Assembly: GCA_951406725.2 (NCBI GenBank)
Contig: OX597817.1
Coordinates: 47,058,001 to 47,122,000, forward strand
From: Octopus vulgaris
Taxonomy: Eukaryota
Length of the DNA: 64,000 nucleotides
Reading direction: 5' to 3'
Shown here: piece after piece, positions 38,241 through 52,979 of the stretch
How the letters are laid out: every line of letters starts with the position of its first letter
How positions within the stretch are numbered: position 1 is the first letter of the stretch
Notes under the pieces: generated by a model
What the model was told of the DNA's origin: nothing
The model's database searches: none
The model's input: the letters and a program-made list of their open reading frames with translations, nothing else
Position numbers and translations under genes: made by a program

Positions 38241-38932
38241 TCATATCTATAAAAAAAAAACATGCTGTATGATATTGTAAAATAAAAGGAAATAAATTCT
38301 GAGGATGTACCAATCTCAATGTGGATGCGTGTGGCTTAGTGGTTAGGATGTCGGACTCATGGTCATAAGGTTACGGTTTCGATTCCTAGACCGGGTGATG
38401 AGTTGTGTTTTTTTAGTAAAACACTTCATTTCACGTTACCTCCAGTCCACTCAGTGTGGCTTTGCGTTTAGGTTGTTAGACTCATGATCGTAAGAATGTG
38501 GTTTCGATTCGTAGACCGTGTAACGAGTTGCTTTTTTCAGCAAAACACTTCATTTCACGTTGCTTCAGTCCACACAGCTGGCAAAAATTAATGATCCTGT
38601 GACAGACCAGCGTCCCGTCCAGGTGGGGAACACATTTGACATGAGACCAGGAAACCAGTCGTTATGAGTCGGCATAACTCAAAATAATAACTTGCCTTTT
38701 TTTTTTTGACCAGTCTCAATATTTTTTATCGTTATAATTATTGCTAATATACACTCCAGATAATATTACCATCCAGTGAGGCGAATACAGACGCGGAATT
38801 ACCCATTGTAAGAATCTACAACGAGAGTGACAGCTCCTAGTAGTCATAGATGTTACAACACACAGGTGTGTTTAGGAGACGCTAACAGATAATTCGATGT
38901 CAACCTTGACCTGTAATACATTCCCATCTATA

Positions 38933-39196
38933 CAGGGTGCGGCAGAAAGGTTGCTCCGCCGATTTCAAAGGTTGCTCTTTTTTGCTCTTTTACTTGTTTC
39001 AGTCATTTGACTGCGGCCATGCTGGATCACCGCCTTTAGTCGAGCAAATCGACCCCAGTACTTATTTTTTTATAAGCCTAGTACGTATTCTATCGGTCTC
39101 TTTTGCCGAACCGCTAAGTTACGGTGACGTAAACACACCAGCATCGGTTGTCAAGCGATGTTGGGGACAAACATACATACACAAACATATACACAA

Positions 39197-39256
<60 letters not shown>

Positions 39257-39640
39257 GACGGGCTTCTTTCAGTTTCCGTCTACCAAATCCAATCACAAGG
39301 CTTTGGTCGGCCCGAGGCTATAGTAGAAGATACTTACCCAAGGTGCCACGCAGTGGTACTGATCCCGGAACCATGTGGTTGGTAAGCAAGCTACTTACCA
39401 CACAGCCACTCCTGCGCCTATAAAAAAAAAACAAACACATGAAGACACAAGAAAAAGCATACTCTTCTACAACAAATACCCGATGCTCTCCACTCCAGAC
39501 CATGGTGGGTACCACCCAAAACAGAAAAATAAATGGCATTTAAAGGGCTTTATAGAAATATAAAGTTTTTTCGTGCATCTTTATGTGCTTGTTTTTTTTA
39601 GTTGCCTTTGAAATTGGGGCAACCTTTCTGCCGCACTCTG
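38933..39640. mobile_element. Tc1-type MITE containing a nested SINE B (38978-39421, minus strand)
   Basis: TIRs CAGGGTGCGGCAGAAAGGTTGC and GCAACCTTTCTGCCGCACTCTG; TA TSDs at 38931-38932 and 39641-39642. Confidence 0.85.
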
Positions 39641-40532
39641 TACAGGCTACTATCCTGCAGAACCGTTATTGCAGTATTCTGCACATTCTCGTCCAACGAT
39701 ACGTTCAATTCCTTTGGCTAGATGATTATCGAACAGCCTCATAGAATATCAGAATACTTTGGCAAGAATTACATACTAGGCCTATAACAATTCCGCCAAC
39801 TTATATTGGTATGTTGGCAATTCGTAAAGAGAACATCACGAGATTTTTCCATGAACACATTTAGAATCTATTTCATTGAACTTATATAGATATATATCTC
39901 AGTAGCTATCCTCATTGTTGTTCTTGCTGTTGATGTCGTTGTTGTTGTTGTTGTTGTTATTGCTCTTTGGTAAAAGAGATGTATTTCTGGACGGTAACCA
40001 CTCAGATCACGCTAGGTTTATACAAATTTCTAGAAATAGAAAGCAAAATTGAATCTGTTGGATAAATGGAAGAGTCGTAAATGAAAGAATCACGTCAAGG
40101 TGTTAATAAACATGTGTGTGTGTGTGTTATGTGTATGTGTGTGTTTGTTTGTTTGTACGTGTGTATATGTAATATATAGATATGTGTGAACGTATGTATA
40201 TAATCACACACACGCACATATATGTATGTATTTATATATATATATATATATATTTATATATGTATGTATATATGTATATATACATATATGTACGTTTGTG
40301 TGTATGTATTTATATATATGTATGTATTTATATATATGTATATATACAGATATGTATGATTGTGTGTATGTATATATATGTATATATACATATATATATA
40401 TGTGTGTATGTATGTATATAGATATGTGTATGTTTGTATGTATGTATACACAGTCAAAATATATTCAAATACATAAATTTGCATATACAAATGTACATAC
40501 CTGTGTGCATATATATATATATATATTATACG

Positions 40533-40580
<48 letters not shown>

Positions 40581-42178
40581 TACATATATACATAAACATG
40601 TGTATACATTTGTGTATGTACATACGCATGTATACACACACACACGCGCGCACATGCATACACATGTATAGTCGCATTTCCTTTAAATAAAATTTTAAAT
40701 ATCTATTGAAATACATTTATATGTGTGTGTACGTGTGTGTATTCATACTTATATATATATACACACACACACATATACATATTTAGAAAAATGTATGTAT
40801 GTATGTATGTATGTATGTATGTATGTATGTATGTATGTATGCATGCATGTATGTATTGGAGATGTGGGCATGTTTCAAGAACAATATAGCAATTTTTACA
40901 AGGTCACTAATCCTACAAGGATGCTAGAAATAGTTACAAAATTTTGGGTTACGCAATCGTCGGCCAGACGACTTTCCGATGACCAGTCGAGTAAGAGGTC
41001 ACCGTGGTGAGCATGGAAGGCGCAGACACAAACCCAGGTGAAGGCGACTGCAGCCGCAATGAGACCTCCGGCACGGGCATTGCTGACATTTTGCTTGGCC
41101 AATGGTCAGTGATGGTCTTCCTTGGTCACTAGTGAACAGGCCATTATGTATGTATATGTACAGTACTGGCATGGCTGAGTGGTTAAGAAACTCGTTGATA
41201 GACGGAAACTGAAAGCAGCCCGTCGTACATACGGTGTGTGTGTGTGTCTGTATGTGTATGCCAGTGTATTTGTGTGTGCGTATGTGTGTGTTGGTGTGTT
41301 TATGTGTGTGTGTGTGTGTGCATGTGTGTGTGCGTGCACGTGTGTATGTGTATCTGTACGCGAGTGCGTGTCATTTTTTTGTCCCCCCCATCACCGTTTG
41401 ACAACCGGTATTCGTATGTTTACGTCTCAACAAATTAGCGGTTCGGCAATAGAGAGCGAGAGAGTAAGTACCAGGCATTAAAAAAAATAAAGCACTTGGG
41501 TCGATTCATTCAACTAGAGTCCCTCAAGGCTTTGCCCCAGCGTGGCCGCAGTCCAATGACTAAAACGAGTAAAAAACCCACAAAAGATAGACGATAAACT
41601 GTATATCTCTAGATAACTAGCGCTCTACAGTTTTGTTCGACTCTCTACTAAACTTGCCAATCCATATGAAGATTGTACAACGTCTACCTTGTTGAGATTC
41701 TGTAATATCTTGTCTGTTCTAACAGGAAAATTGAGTGAGTGCTAAATATATCAGTCAGCTGTCTTTGAGTGCCAGAGAGAGATACGCCATGATAAATTGG
41801 TGGCGATTAAGCGAGAGAATACTTCTGTAGAACAACACTTGTGCTTTAATATATTGTCCTTGAGAATTGCAGTGAAGTGCTTGCTGCCATGTGGCAACAG
41901 AGCCATCAATATTTTCTAAGTACTTGGACAGGATTCAGTATCAAACCTACTTATTTATATACAAATACCTGCTTTCATACGTTTGTGCGTATATATATAT
42001 ATATCTTTATTTCTCTATATTTTACTTATACACATGTGTGAGTGCGTATGTGTGTACGTGTGTGTGTAAATGTATAAATGTATAAATGTCCAACTGTGTA
42101 TAACTGTATGTATAAATATATGTATATCAATGTATACACATACATAATATCCTTATTTATATGTATGTATATATATAT

Positions 42179-42254
<76 letters not shown>

Positions 42255-42289
42255 GTACATATATATATATACATATAAACACATACACA

Positions 42290-42322
<33 letters not shown>

Positions 42323-42641
42323 GTACATATATATATATACATATAAACACATACACATATATACATATATAAATTTATATATATATCATTGCTATTATGT
42401 AAAAGTGTCTAAGACCAAAACGTTACTTTTTCAGAAAACGGAAAAGTAGTTTCACCATTCCATAGCAAAACCATTGTACTACACCATGACAATTTTTGAT
42501 ATTTTGGCATCTGAAGCAGCTGGAGGTACGACAGTTTGACCAAAATAACCGGCTATAAATATTGAAAAAAGAAAAACGCATTTGGCTAAATTTAGGCTGT
42601 TTATCATAATATCAACGATATATATACTCTTTTTTTTTTTT

Positions 42642-43471
<830 letters not shown>

Positions 43472-43644
43472 CGTTGCTATTATGATAAACGGCCCAAATC
43501 AAGATTAACTAGCCGAAATTGCGAGGATGACTAGAGGCTTCGAATGACCTGTCCGTTTTTTGTGTCATTTATTTGAATGTTTTGCGTTCTTGTCCCATTT
43601 TGTATTTATATATATATATTTTATACATATATATATATATATCT

Positions 43645-44042
43645 TTTACTCTTTTACTTGTTTCAGTCATTTGACTGTGGCCATGCTGGAGCACCGCCTT
43701 TAGTCGAGGAAATTGACCCCAGGACTTATTCTTTGTAAGCCAAGTACTTATTCTATCGGTCTCTTTTGCCGAACCGCTAAGTTACGGGGACGTAAACACC
43801 CAGCATCGGGGGGGGGGGGGTCAAACACAAACACACAAACATATACACACATACATACACATATATATATAATATATACGACGGGCTCCTTTCAGTTTCC
43901 ATCTACCAAATCCACTCACAAGGCTTTGGTCTGCCCGAGGCTATAGAAGATACTTGTCCAAGATGCCACACAGTTCGGACTGAACCCGGAACCATGTGGT
44001 TCGTAAGCAAGCTATTTACCACACAGCTACTCCTACGCCTAT
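43645..44042 (-). mobile_element. SINE family B
   Basis: B head, core and tail. Confidence 0.85.
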
Positions 44043-44150
44043 ATATATAAACCCTACTTCTTCCCTTCTTTCCTGATCGTCCAATAATACTTTATTTGTT
44101 CCACGTCCTTGCGTTGTTGTTTTTTTGTTTTTGTTTTCTTGTTTGGATTA

Positions 44151-44223
<73 letters not shown>

Positions 44224-46154
44224 ACTCGACAGAGAGAATAATAAAATTCTACACGAAACTAGTAGGTTAATTATGGAAACTATATTCATAGCGCAATACA
44301 ATGTTAAAATTAACTCGCAAACACAGATTCAAAAGAATCTGACAAAGCAAAGCCTATCGCCCAAAAGAGGCCTAACGCTCAAAATTCGAGCGAGACAAAG
44401 AAACCAACAGGTGACTGCTGTTGTGTGATGCTAATGGTCAAAACATATCTGGCAGGAAAGTCTACACGAATTCAATCAGTATGTAAGAAATACGACAAAC
44501 ACAAAATATATTCGATTTGTGATAATGAGAGTATGGAGGTCTAGAAAGGCTGGATATGGATTTGGTAACTCTACTGTTCTAAGCCAATTGTAACACGCTA
44601 ATAAGAAGATTAGGTACATTCTATGTAGCAATGTTATTTTATACCTAGTTTTCCGAGAGATGGCAGCTATGACAAGGGAGATAATCGCTCCCTTCACAAC
44701 ATGAAAAGGGTTAAAAAAAATTTGAATTTAAAATTAAGGAATTTTTTGAGAAAACAGGAAAAGTATACTTGTATTTAGTCGTCCATTTAATGAAACATGC
44801 ATAAAAGAAAAATGGTTCCCCATATACATAAACATTATATATATAAATATTTGTTTATGTGTGTGTGTGTTTGTGTGTGACTTATTTTGTCTAAGCCAAT
44901 CATCACCCAGTAATCTGTAAAGCTCAACACAGTTTTTGTCTTTTTTTTCATTTACAATACTAGTTCAGTAGTTTACTTTATCGATCTCTCTTTCCACAAA
45001 TATCGAGGAAGCAGCAACAGAGAAAAAAAGTCAGTTCTTTTTCCAGCAGTCTTGAACCACGATCAACTTAAACTGAATAAGAAATCATGGCCGGTTCAAT
45101 TGTCTGCTGGCTATCCGAGCAAGCATAATTTAAAGGAAAACTGTCAATGGAAGAAAACGATATTTATTACAATACACAAACCAAAGAGTACTGTTCAAAC
45201 ACAGCATCAAAGTTTCAAATCCTTTCGTTAATATAACAAGAAAACTGAGAGTAAGTAATGTATCTGCTTTATTATTCTTTTATTCTTTTGCATGTTTCTG
45301 TCACAGAATCATTCATTTTTGCCAGCTATGTGAACTGGAGCAACGTGAAATTAAGTGTTTTGCTCAAGAACACAACTCATTACACGGTCCAGGAATCGAA
45401 ACCACATTCTTACGATCATGAGTCAAACAGCTGGAGCACCTCCTATTGGTAATGATTTCAATTTATTTCAACACATTTTCGTTACAGACACTCGCCCGGT
45501 CTTCCTGAGTGGAAAATGGATGAGTGAGAGAAAGTCCAAAGATTACTATTGATTTTCTTGTAGTTGAGACGAATAATATTTACGTTTCGTTTGTTTTTAA
45601 TTCATTTTATTTTCACATTATCACATTGCCTCCCAGACTTTGTATTTGCTAGATGTCATCCAAATAGATGACATGGCGTTACCTAACACGTTGCACCTCA
45701 CACGCCTGTCCAAGTTGCCGTTACTTTCAGCTGACCCTGTGAGAAACCATTTCAAATCAAATTTTAGCTCATTTGAAAACACATATCTTAATTTCTTTTT
45801 ATTCTTCGTTTCTGTCAGCCAGGATCTGCTAGCACACGAGTAAGACTCAAGAGAAATAGTAACTCAAAGGCGTTCAATTAACGTTATTTTCTTCAATATT
45901 GAATGACTCACATCCAACTCGTCTCGTTGTGTGACAAGTGCGGTTCGAACAAAACACAAATTGCCTTATCTCTTTCTGCCACACTAATCTTCATAAAACT
46001 TTTTCTACAACACAAACTACACAATAGACTTTGTAAAACATGGAAATTGTCCATGGCAAGCTATAAACTTTGCTGCGATTGATGTAAACTTTGCTGTGAT
46101 TGGTTGCTTTTAAAGATGTCTTTAAAGTAACCAATAATTTCAACATCAGCTACA

Positions 46155-46302
46155 GTGGAGGCGCAATGGCCCAGTGGTTAGGACAGCGGACTCGCGGTCG
46201 TAAGAACGAGGTTTCGATTCCCAGACCGGGCATTGTGAGTTTTTATTGAGCAAAATCACCTAAGCTCCACGAGGAGATTGGAAGAAGAAGAAGAAGAAGA
46301 AG
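46155..46302 (+). mobile_element. Short SINE C-head element with a (GAA)n tail and a 12-bp TSD
   Basis: TSD ACATCAGCTACA (46143-46154) / ACATTAGCTACA (46303-46314); an empty paralogous site lies at about 48200. Confidence 0.8.
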
Positions 46303-47368
46303 ACATTAGCTACAAGCAATATCACAAACCGTTTTCCGGTGTTTCTTTGAGGTGTGGACAATCGTTCTGTTACATATTTGAATTATTGTCCTATTTCAAA
46401 CATGTTCTCACGAGCTATGTGCTATCTAATATTGAATTATCATACCAGTAAGATCGGAAGAGGTCTGTTTTCTATAGGTACATAGAAAATAAAAAGAAAA
46501 TTATACCTAAATTACTATCATTAGTTCTTCTATGATCTAAGTTCAAATTTCACCGATGTCAGCTCTGCCTGTCATCCTTTCGGGATCGATAAAATAAGTA
46601 CCATTTGAGGTCTGGTATCGATGTAATCGACCGCCCCCCCTCCCCCGGACTTGCTGGCCTTGTACAAAAATCTGAAACCATGCTTATTTCTGTGAACATT
46701 CTCTTAATTTTCTACATGTACAAAAAATTATGCAGATGGAGCATACACTTTAACCGCAACACATCTTCGAATGGAGCAGGTAAAGATGAAAATAGAATCA
46801 ATAAAATTGGTACCTGGAAATTTCACACGAATTTGTTAGCGTAATATTCATAGATATCACGCCAAACAGTGGAACTGCCAAAGGGTTAAGGAAAACTTCC
46901 TTCAGGGAATTATGTTGAAAATAAGGAAAGCAGGCTGAGCTATCAGATCTATCTTAATGGGAAAATATTTAGAAAAGATTGTAAGATTATCATAACTAAC
47001 ACATGTTAATAGCAACAAAAATAGCAATGTGTCGAGCATAATGTACTTGGAAGAAACATGTAAACCTCGGAGAATTTTACATCAAATAGCTTCGAATATA
47101 AGTAAAAGACAGCACTGGAAGAAATACGTAGAAAGGAGACTTTCATCGCTACGTTAACAACATACGTTGAACAAACAGAACGGCTCATTCAATAACCTTC
47201 GCACGGATAATATATATTAATATAAATATATATTAATATAAATCTCCAGTGCAACTAGAGAATCAATCAACATATGGGAGTGTTAACCTAATTTTAATTG
47301 TAATAATTGGTAGCGTAACACAAACGTGTGTTACCTGAAGTGTACCACTGCTCCTCTCCAGAAGATTA

Positions 47369-47747
47369 TATTTCTTTATTTATCTATAAAAAGGTTTACA
47401 TAGAGGGGACGTTACAAGGACAGACAAGGGACATGTAGGGTATAAACGCGCTTCTTATATACAAGATGAAAAGACAGATGGATTTACATATATTATACGG
47501 ATGGGAGTTAAAAATATAAGTGATGATTGGATGGAATTTGGGTTCCGGGTTAGTGAATTAACCCGCCAGTTGGTTATCTCTTTTTGGTAATCTTCCTTCC
47601 TTTTATGCCCCGACCGACCGTGCATTCTCATCTTTCTTACCAATGTTATCCATCTTTTTCCAAACGCTCTTTGCGGCAGGCTCCTCCTCTCTAGACGGAT
47701 CTTGCTGGACAGATGGGCGGCGAAGTAATTCACCAGCCCATGTCCGG
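47369..47747 (-). mobile_element. 5'-truncated L1/Tx1-like LINE 3' end with a 17-bp TSD
   Basis: TSD TCCTCTCCAGAAGATTA at 47352-47368 and 47748-47764. ORF2-like C-terminus LVNYFAAHLSSKIRLERRSL..AFGKRW. Ends AATAAAGAAATA. Confidence 0.75.
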
Positions 47748-49685
47748 TCCTCTCCAGAAGATTAGGTCCATCCTATGTAGCAATGTTATTTTACACGTAG
47801 TTTTCCGAGAGATGGCAGCTGTGACAAGGGAGATAATCGCTCCCTCCACAACATGAAAAGGGTTAAAAAATTTGAATTTAAAATTAAGGAATTTTTTGAG
47901 GAAACAAGTATGGAAATCACATATTTAATTTTTTTTTTGTTTACCATTTCTTCCATTCTTATGGCCTGTGATTTATTAATTAAATATTATTTTATGCAGT
48001 GAGACACTTCATTAACGATTAGCATAATTACAATCAGAAGGAAATAAATGAAAGACGATTTGGCTTTCTTTTCTCCATAAAATGTTAGCAGTTTAAGAAT
48101 CGAAAAGAGAGAACGTTCTTAATGTTTACATACAGAATAATAGCTGTTTCTAGGGAAATTCTACCTTCTAAAGATATCTTTAAAGCAACCAATAATTTCA
48201 ACATCAGCTACAAGCAATATCACAAACCGTTTCCCGATGTTTCTTTGAGGTGTGGACAATCGTTTCAGGCTGCTATTTCTTATTAGTAATCTTTATGTTG
48301 AATATTTTGTTTCTGTTTAGCCTCAGGTCAAAACCGATCTAATAAGCTTCCAAACAAAGCCATTTCGACCATGACAACCCATTCTGTTTGAAGATGTAAC
48401 TTTCAAACTTTTGTAGCCCAGTACCACATTTTACTTAGCCTTCTACATGTTTTGTGCCCCACAACCACCAAAAAAAAAAAAACGAGCTATAAATCATTCT
48501 AATGAAACGAATGTTATTTTGCACAATCCATTATTATCCATACCTTTTTATTATCCATATTCTTCTTTCAGTTTCCGTCTACCAAATCCACTCTCAAGGT
48601 TTTGGTTTGCCCGAGGCTATAGTAGAAGACATTTGCCGAAGGTGTCACGCAGTGGGACTGAACCCGGAACCATGTGGTTGGTAAGCAAGCTACTTACCAC
48701 ATAGCCAATCCTATTGAATTTTTTATGGAAATTGCTTAAAAGTGGCTTCAAATTTTGGCACAACGTCAACAGTTGTGAAGGAAAGGGGCAAGTCCATCGA
48801 AGTGACCCAGGGTTTTCAGCTGGTATTTTTTTACCGATCCCGAAAGGAGGAAAAGCAAAGTCGACCTCAGTAGAATTTGAACTCAGAACGAAAAGAACCG
48901 GAAGAAATACCATTGATCATTTCGTCCAATTCGTTCACGAATCTCCCAGTTCAAAACTTCAAGAGGAATTACGTAATGAAATTATGCTGTACCTTGATGC
49001 CTAAGCAGTCATATTTCTGTTCTGATCACTCAATGTCCAACTCATTCTAATCCACCAAAAATGTTTTTTGAGAACGTGCTTTAAATGCAAGTATTGTATC
49101 TGATTTAAATACTCTTTACTCTTCTACTTGTTTCAGTCATTTGACTGCGGTCATGCTGGAGCACCACCTTTAGTCGAGCAAATCTACCCCAGAACTTATT
49201 CTTTGTAAGCCTAGTACTCGGCCTCTTTTGCCGAACTGCTAAGTTACAGGGACGTAAACACACCACCATCGGTTGTCAAGCGATGGTGGGTGGATAAACA
49301 CAGACACAGGGGGCTAAACACAGAGAGGACAAACAAGGACAGACAAAAGGATTTAGTCAATTACATCGACCCGTGTTTAACTGGTACTTATTTAATCGAC
49401 TCCGAAAGGATGAAAGGCAAAGTCGACCTTAGCGGAATGTGAACTGAGAACGTAACGGCAGACGAAATACTGCTAAGAATTTCGCCCTGCGTGCTAACGA
49501 TTCTGCCAGCTCATCACCATATCTGCTTTAAATATAATGCACAGATTGCTATTTTGAACTTCTACTTATTCTGTTGCCCATAACAAACTAAAGAACATAT
49601 GGCATATTATTGTTCTATACATATACATACACACACACACACACACATACACATATACATATAAATATATATATATATATATTTA

Positions 49686-49726
<41 letters not shown>

Positions 49727-50352
49727 CGGGCTTCTTTCAATCTCCGTCTACCAAATCCAAATTATACAAAAACGATTTTAGAGAGATTTAGCAATTTTTC
49801 TAGCAGATCGGATGACCGGTAGTTTCATAGTTGGCTCGATTTTACTTTTAAAATTAGTGGTTTTATAGTTTTAACCTTTATAATTCTTATAATATAGACT
49901 AAAATATATAATAAATACATCAATAATAAAGGAGAGAAATGTTATTTCTATTATCTGTGGAGCTTCAAATACCTAAATTTAACTTTAGTGCCGAGTTTTT
50001 AAGTATATTTCCAACCTATAATGAATAGAATTAAATTATATGGAGTTGTGTACATCTAATTATGCGTGTATATGAATGTATATGTGTATGTATGTATGCA
50101 AGTATGTATGTATGTATGTATGTATGTATGTATAAAATTGGTTGTGTATTTAATTATGTGTATACATAATTAAATATATACGTAATTTATATATATAATT
50201 ATATATATACATAATTATATATGTAGTATGTACATATGTATGTGTGTGTATATATACATATATAAATAAGCATATACACATAGTTTTATTATATATGTAC
50301 ATATATCTATCTCTCTACCTCTCTCTCTATCTATCTATCTATCTTTCTATCG

Positions 50353-50413
<61 letters not shown>

Positions 50414-50482
50414 TGTATATATATGTATGTGTATATATATATGTATGTATGTATATATATGTATGTATTGTATATATATATA

Positions 50483-50513
<31 letters not shown>

Positions 50514-50655
50514 ATACATATACACATATATATATATACACAAACATACATATATATATATATATACACATATATATATATATGTATACACATATATATA
50601 TATACACAAACATACATATATATATATATATATACACATACATATATATATATGT

Positions 50656-50706
<51 letters not shown>

Positions 50707-50741
50707 CACATATATACATACATATAGATATATACATACAT

Positions 50742-50776
<35 letters not shown>

Positions 50777-52261
50777 TGAGCAAATTGATTTTTTTTAACC
50801 TAAATATAAGCAAATTAATATATGTTGTGTCTAGTAGTGAGCATTCTAAATAGATGGAGACGGCAATTCCAGTTATCAACGGGAAAAGCAGACATCACGG
50901 CGACTAAATAAAATTCCACAAAGAAAAGAAAGAATTACAAAAAATAAAAGAAAGCAGTAAAAAAATCAGTGGTGTGAGGAGAGAGACAGAGAAGGCGGGG
51001 CCTGCTCATGCTACCACCTCACTAGTAAACGAGTAGTTACAAACCACGGTTTAGCAATATAACCAATGAGGGAGCTTCAACGTGGTCTCTCCTTGGCTAG
51101 TAGATGCTACAACTCAGTGAAGCCCTAGCGATTTTGCGTTTTAGATTTCTGGTGGGGGTTTAAGTCTGAATGGATAACACAGTGTGAGATAAACTACGTC
51201 TTGAAAGACAGGATGGTCGTGGGAAGAATGAATACCTTTGATTAAGGTAAACGTAGGTCTAAAGGTGAAATAAACAGCGGAGATTCTTTGCCCCTCACAG
51301 AAACTGCAGCAGTTACTCAGAGATTTTAGAAGCTCTTCATCTCCAATGTATGTGGTGTACATTACCTCACTCCCTCCATCAAATCGTCGTTGCCTGAAGA
51401 GGTGCACAGTATGCAACACCACCGGTGTCGAAGTGATCACAGAGCAGCGTGAGATGAAGTGTTCTGCTCAAGAACACAATGCACCACCTGATCCAGGAAC
51501 TGAAACCACAATCTATCATGATGGCAGAACCTCTGAATTTATCCCAATATCAGAAACTCTGACTCTATCAAAATGTCAGAAACAGCCCAGGGTCACAGGC
51601 ATTTCGCCCCTTAGCCTGAGCGTTTTACCTGAAAATGGAGCAGCGATGATTGAATCAGTTTTCGCCTGCTGAAGGGTTGCACCTGCGATCGTTTGTCCAC
51701 TGCAATCACACTGAGCTAGTTTCAGCTGCCATTGATCTCTGCTTGGTATTTTTTTTTGTCTTCAGAAAACAGCGCGCCGATTTAGCTGGAAAGCTCGTGA
51801 TCCGAGTAAAACGGTTTTGCAGTTTCTTGCTGAACGACCCGCACAAACGATTTGTTTCTAGTGATCCAATCTATGTGGTGTACATTACCTCACTCCCTCC
51901 ATCAAATCGTCGTTGCCTGAAGAGGTGCACAGTATGCAACATCACCGGTGTCGAAGTGATCACATATTATCTCTGGCTGCCCTGGTCTGGCTTAGAAAGA
52001 ATATACTGTATTGTTTTTGTTATGTATATGTCAATCAGCACATCGAAGCTAACTTAGATGTGTTCTTTATATCACAGGAAACTGCAGTAAAAGTTTCGAA
52101 AACTATTACAGTGGTGCAATCTACTGGTGCTGATTAAATCCAGCCAAGCGATAGAATTTCGATACTATTTTTTAGCATTTGTTGCCTACACGAAATTATT
52201 TATTCGGGACGTTTGCCGCAGTCTATGGCGTTATGAAAAATATATCCAGATTAGCTGGTAT

Positions 52262-52650
52262 TCTCTTTACTCTTTTACTTGCTTCAGTCATTTGACTGTG
52301 GCCATGCTGGAGCACCACTTTTAGTCGAGAAAATCGACCCCTGGACTTATTCTTTGTAAGCTCAGTACTTATTCTATCGGTCTCTTTTGCCGAACCGCTA
52401 ATTTACGGGGACGTAAACACACCAGCATCGGTTGTCAAGCAATGCTAAGGGGACAAAGACAGACACACAAACATACACACACATATATACGACGGGCTTC
52501 TTTCAGTTTCCGTCTACCAAATCCACTCACAAGGCTTTGGTCGGTCCGAGGCTATAGTAGAAGACACTTGCCCAAGATGCCACGCAGTGGGACTGAACCC
52601 GGAACCATGTGGTTCGTAAACAAGCTACTTACCACACAGCCACTCCTACG
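52262..52650 (-). mobile_element. SINE family B, full length
   Basis: B head, core and tail. Confidence 0.9.
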
Positions 52651-52796
52651 CAAATTAGCAAATTTTAATTCATTACAAAGGTTGCTAATGAGAGGAGGAG
52701 AGGAGGGAGGGCAACGAGGAAGGTAGGAAGAGAATGAAAGAATATGGAGAGGAAGGACGAGAAGAAGGCAGAAAGGGAGGCGGTGACAGAAGGTAT

Positions 52797-52827
<31 letters not shown>

Positions 52828-52979
52828 GCGATAAGAGCACCTGCACTTAACCAGTACTTTATTTTACGGACACCCCGGAAACATTAAAATACAAAACTGC
52901 GCTTCAGCAGGTTTTGAACGCAGAGTGGAGTGGAGTAGAACGATCTGATATTCAAAACAAAAGCATGGGGAACCATTTT

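Noticed and set aside
42505-42570. Additional hammerhead motif (also at about 12940-12990)
   Set aside because: Both core boxes are mutated; too degenerate to call.
51393-51435. Hammerhead at CTGAAGAGGTGC
   Set aside because: No correctly placed GAAA or stem III; the sequence runs into SINE-derived DNA.
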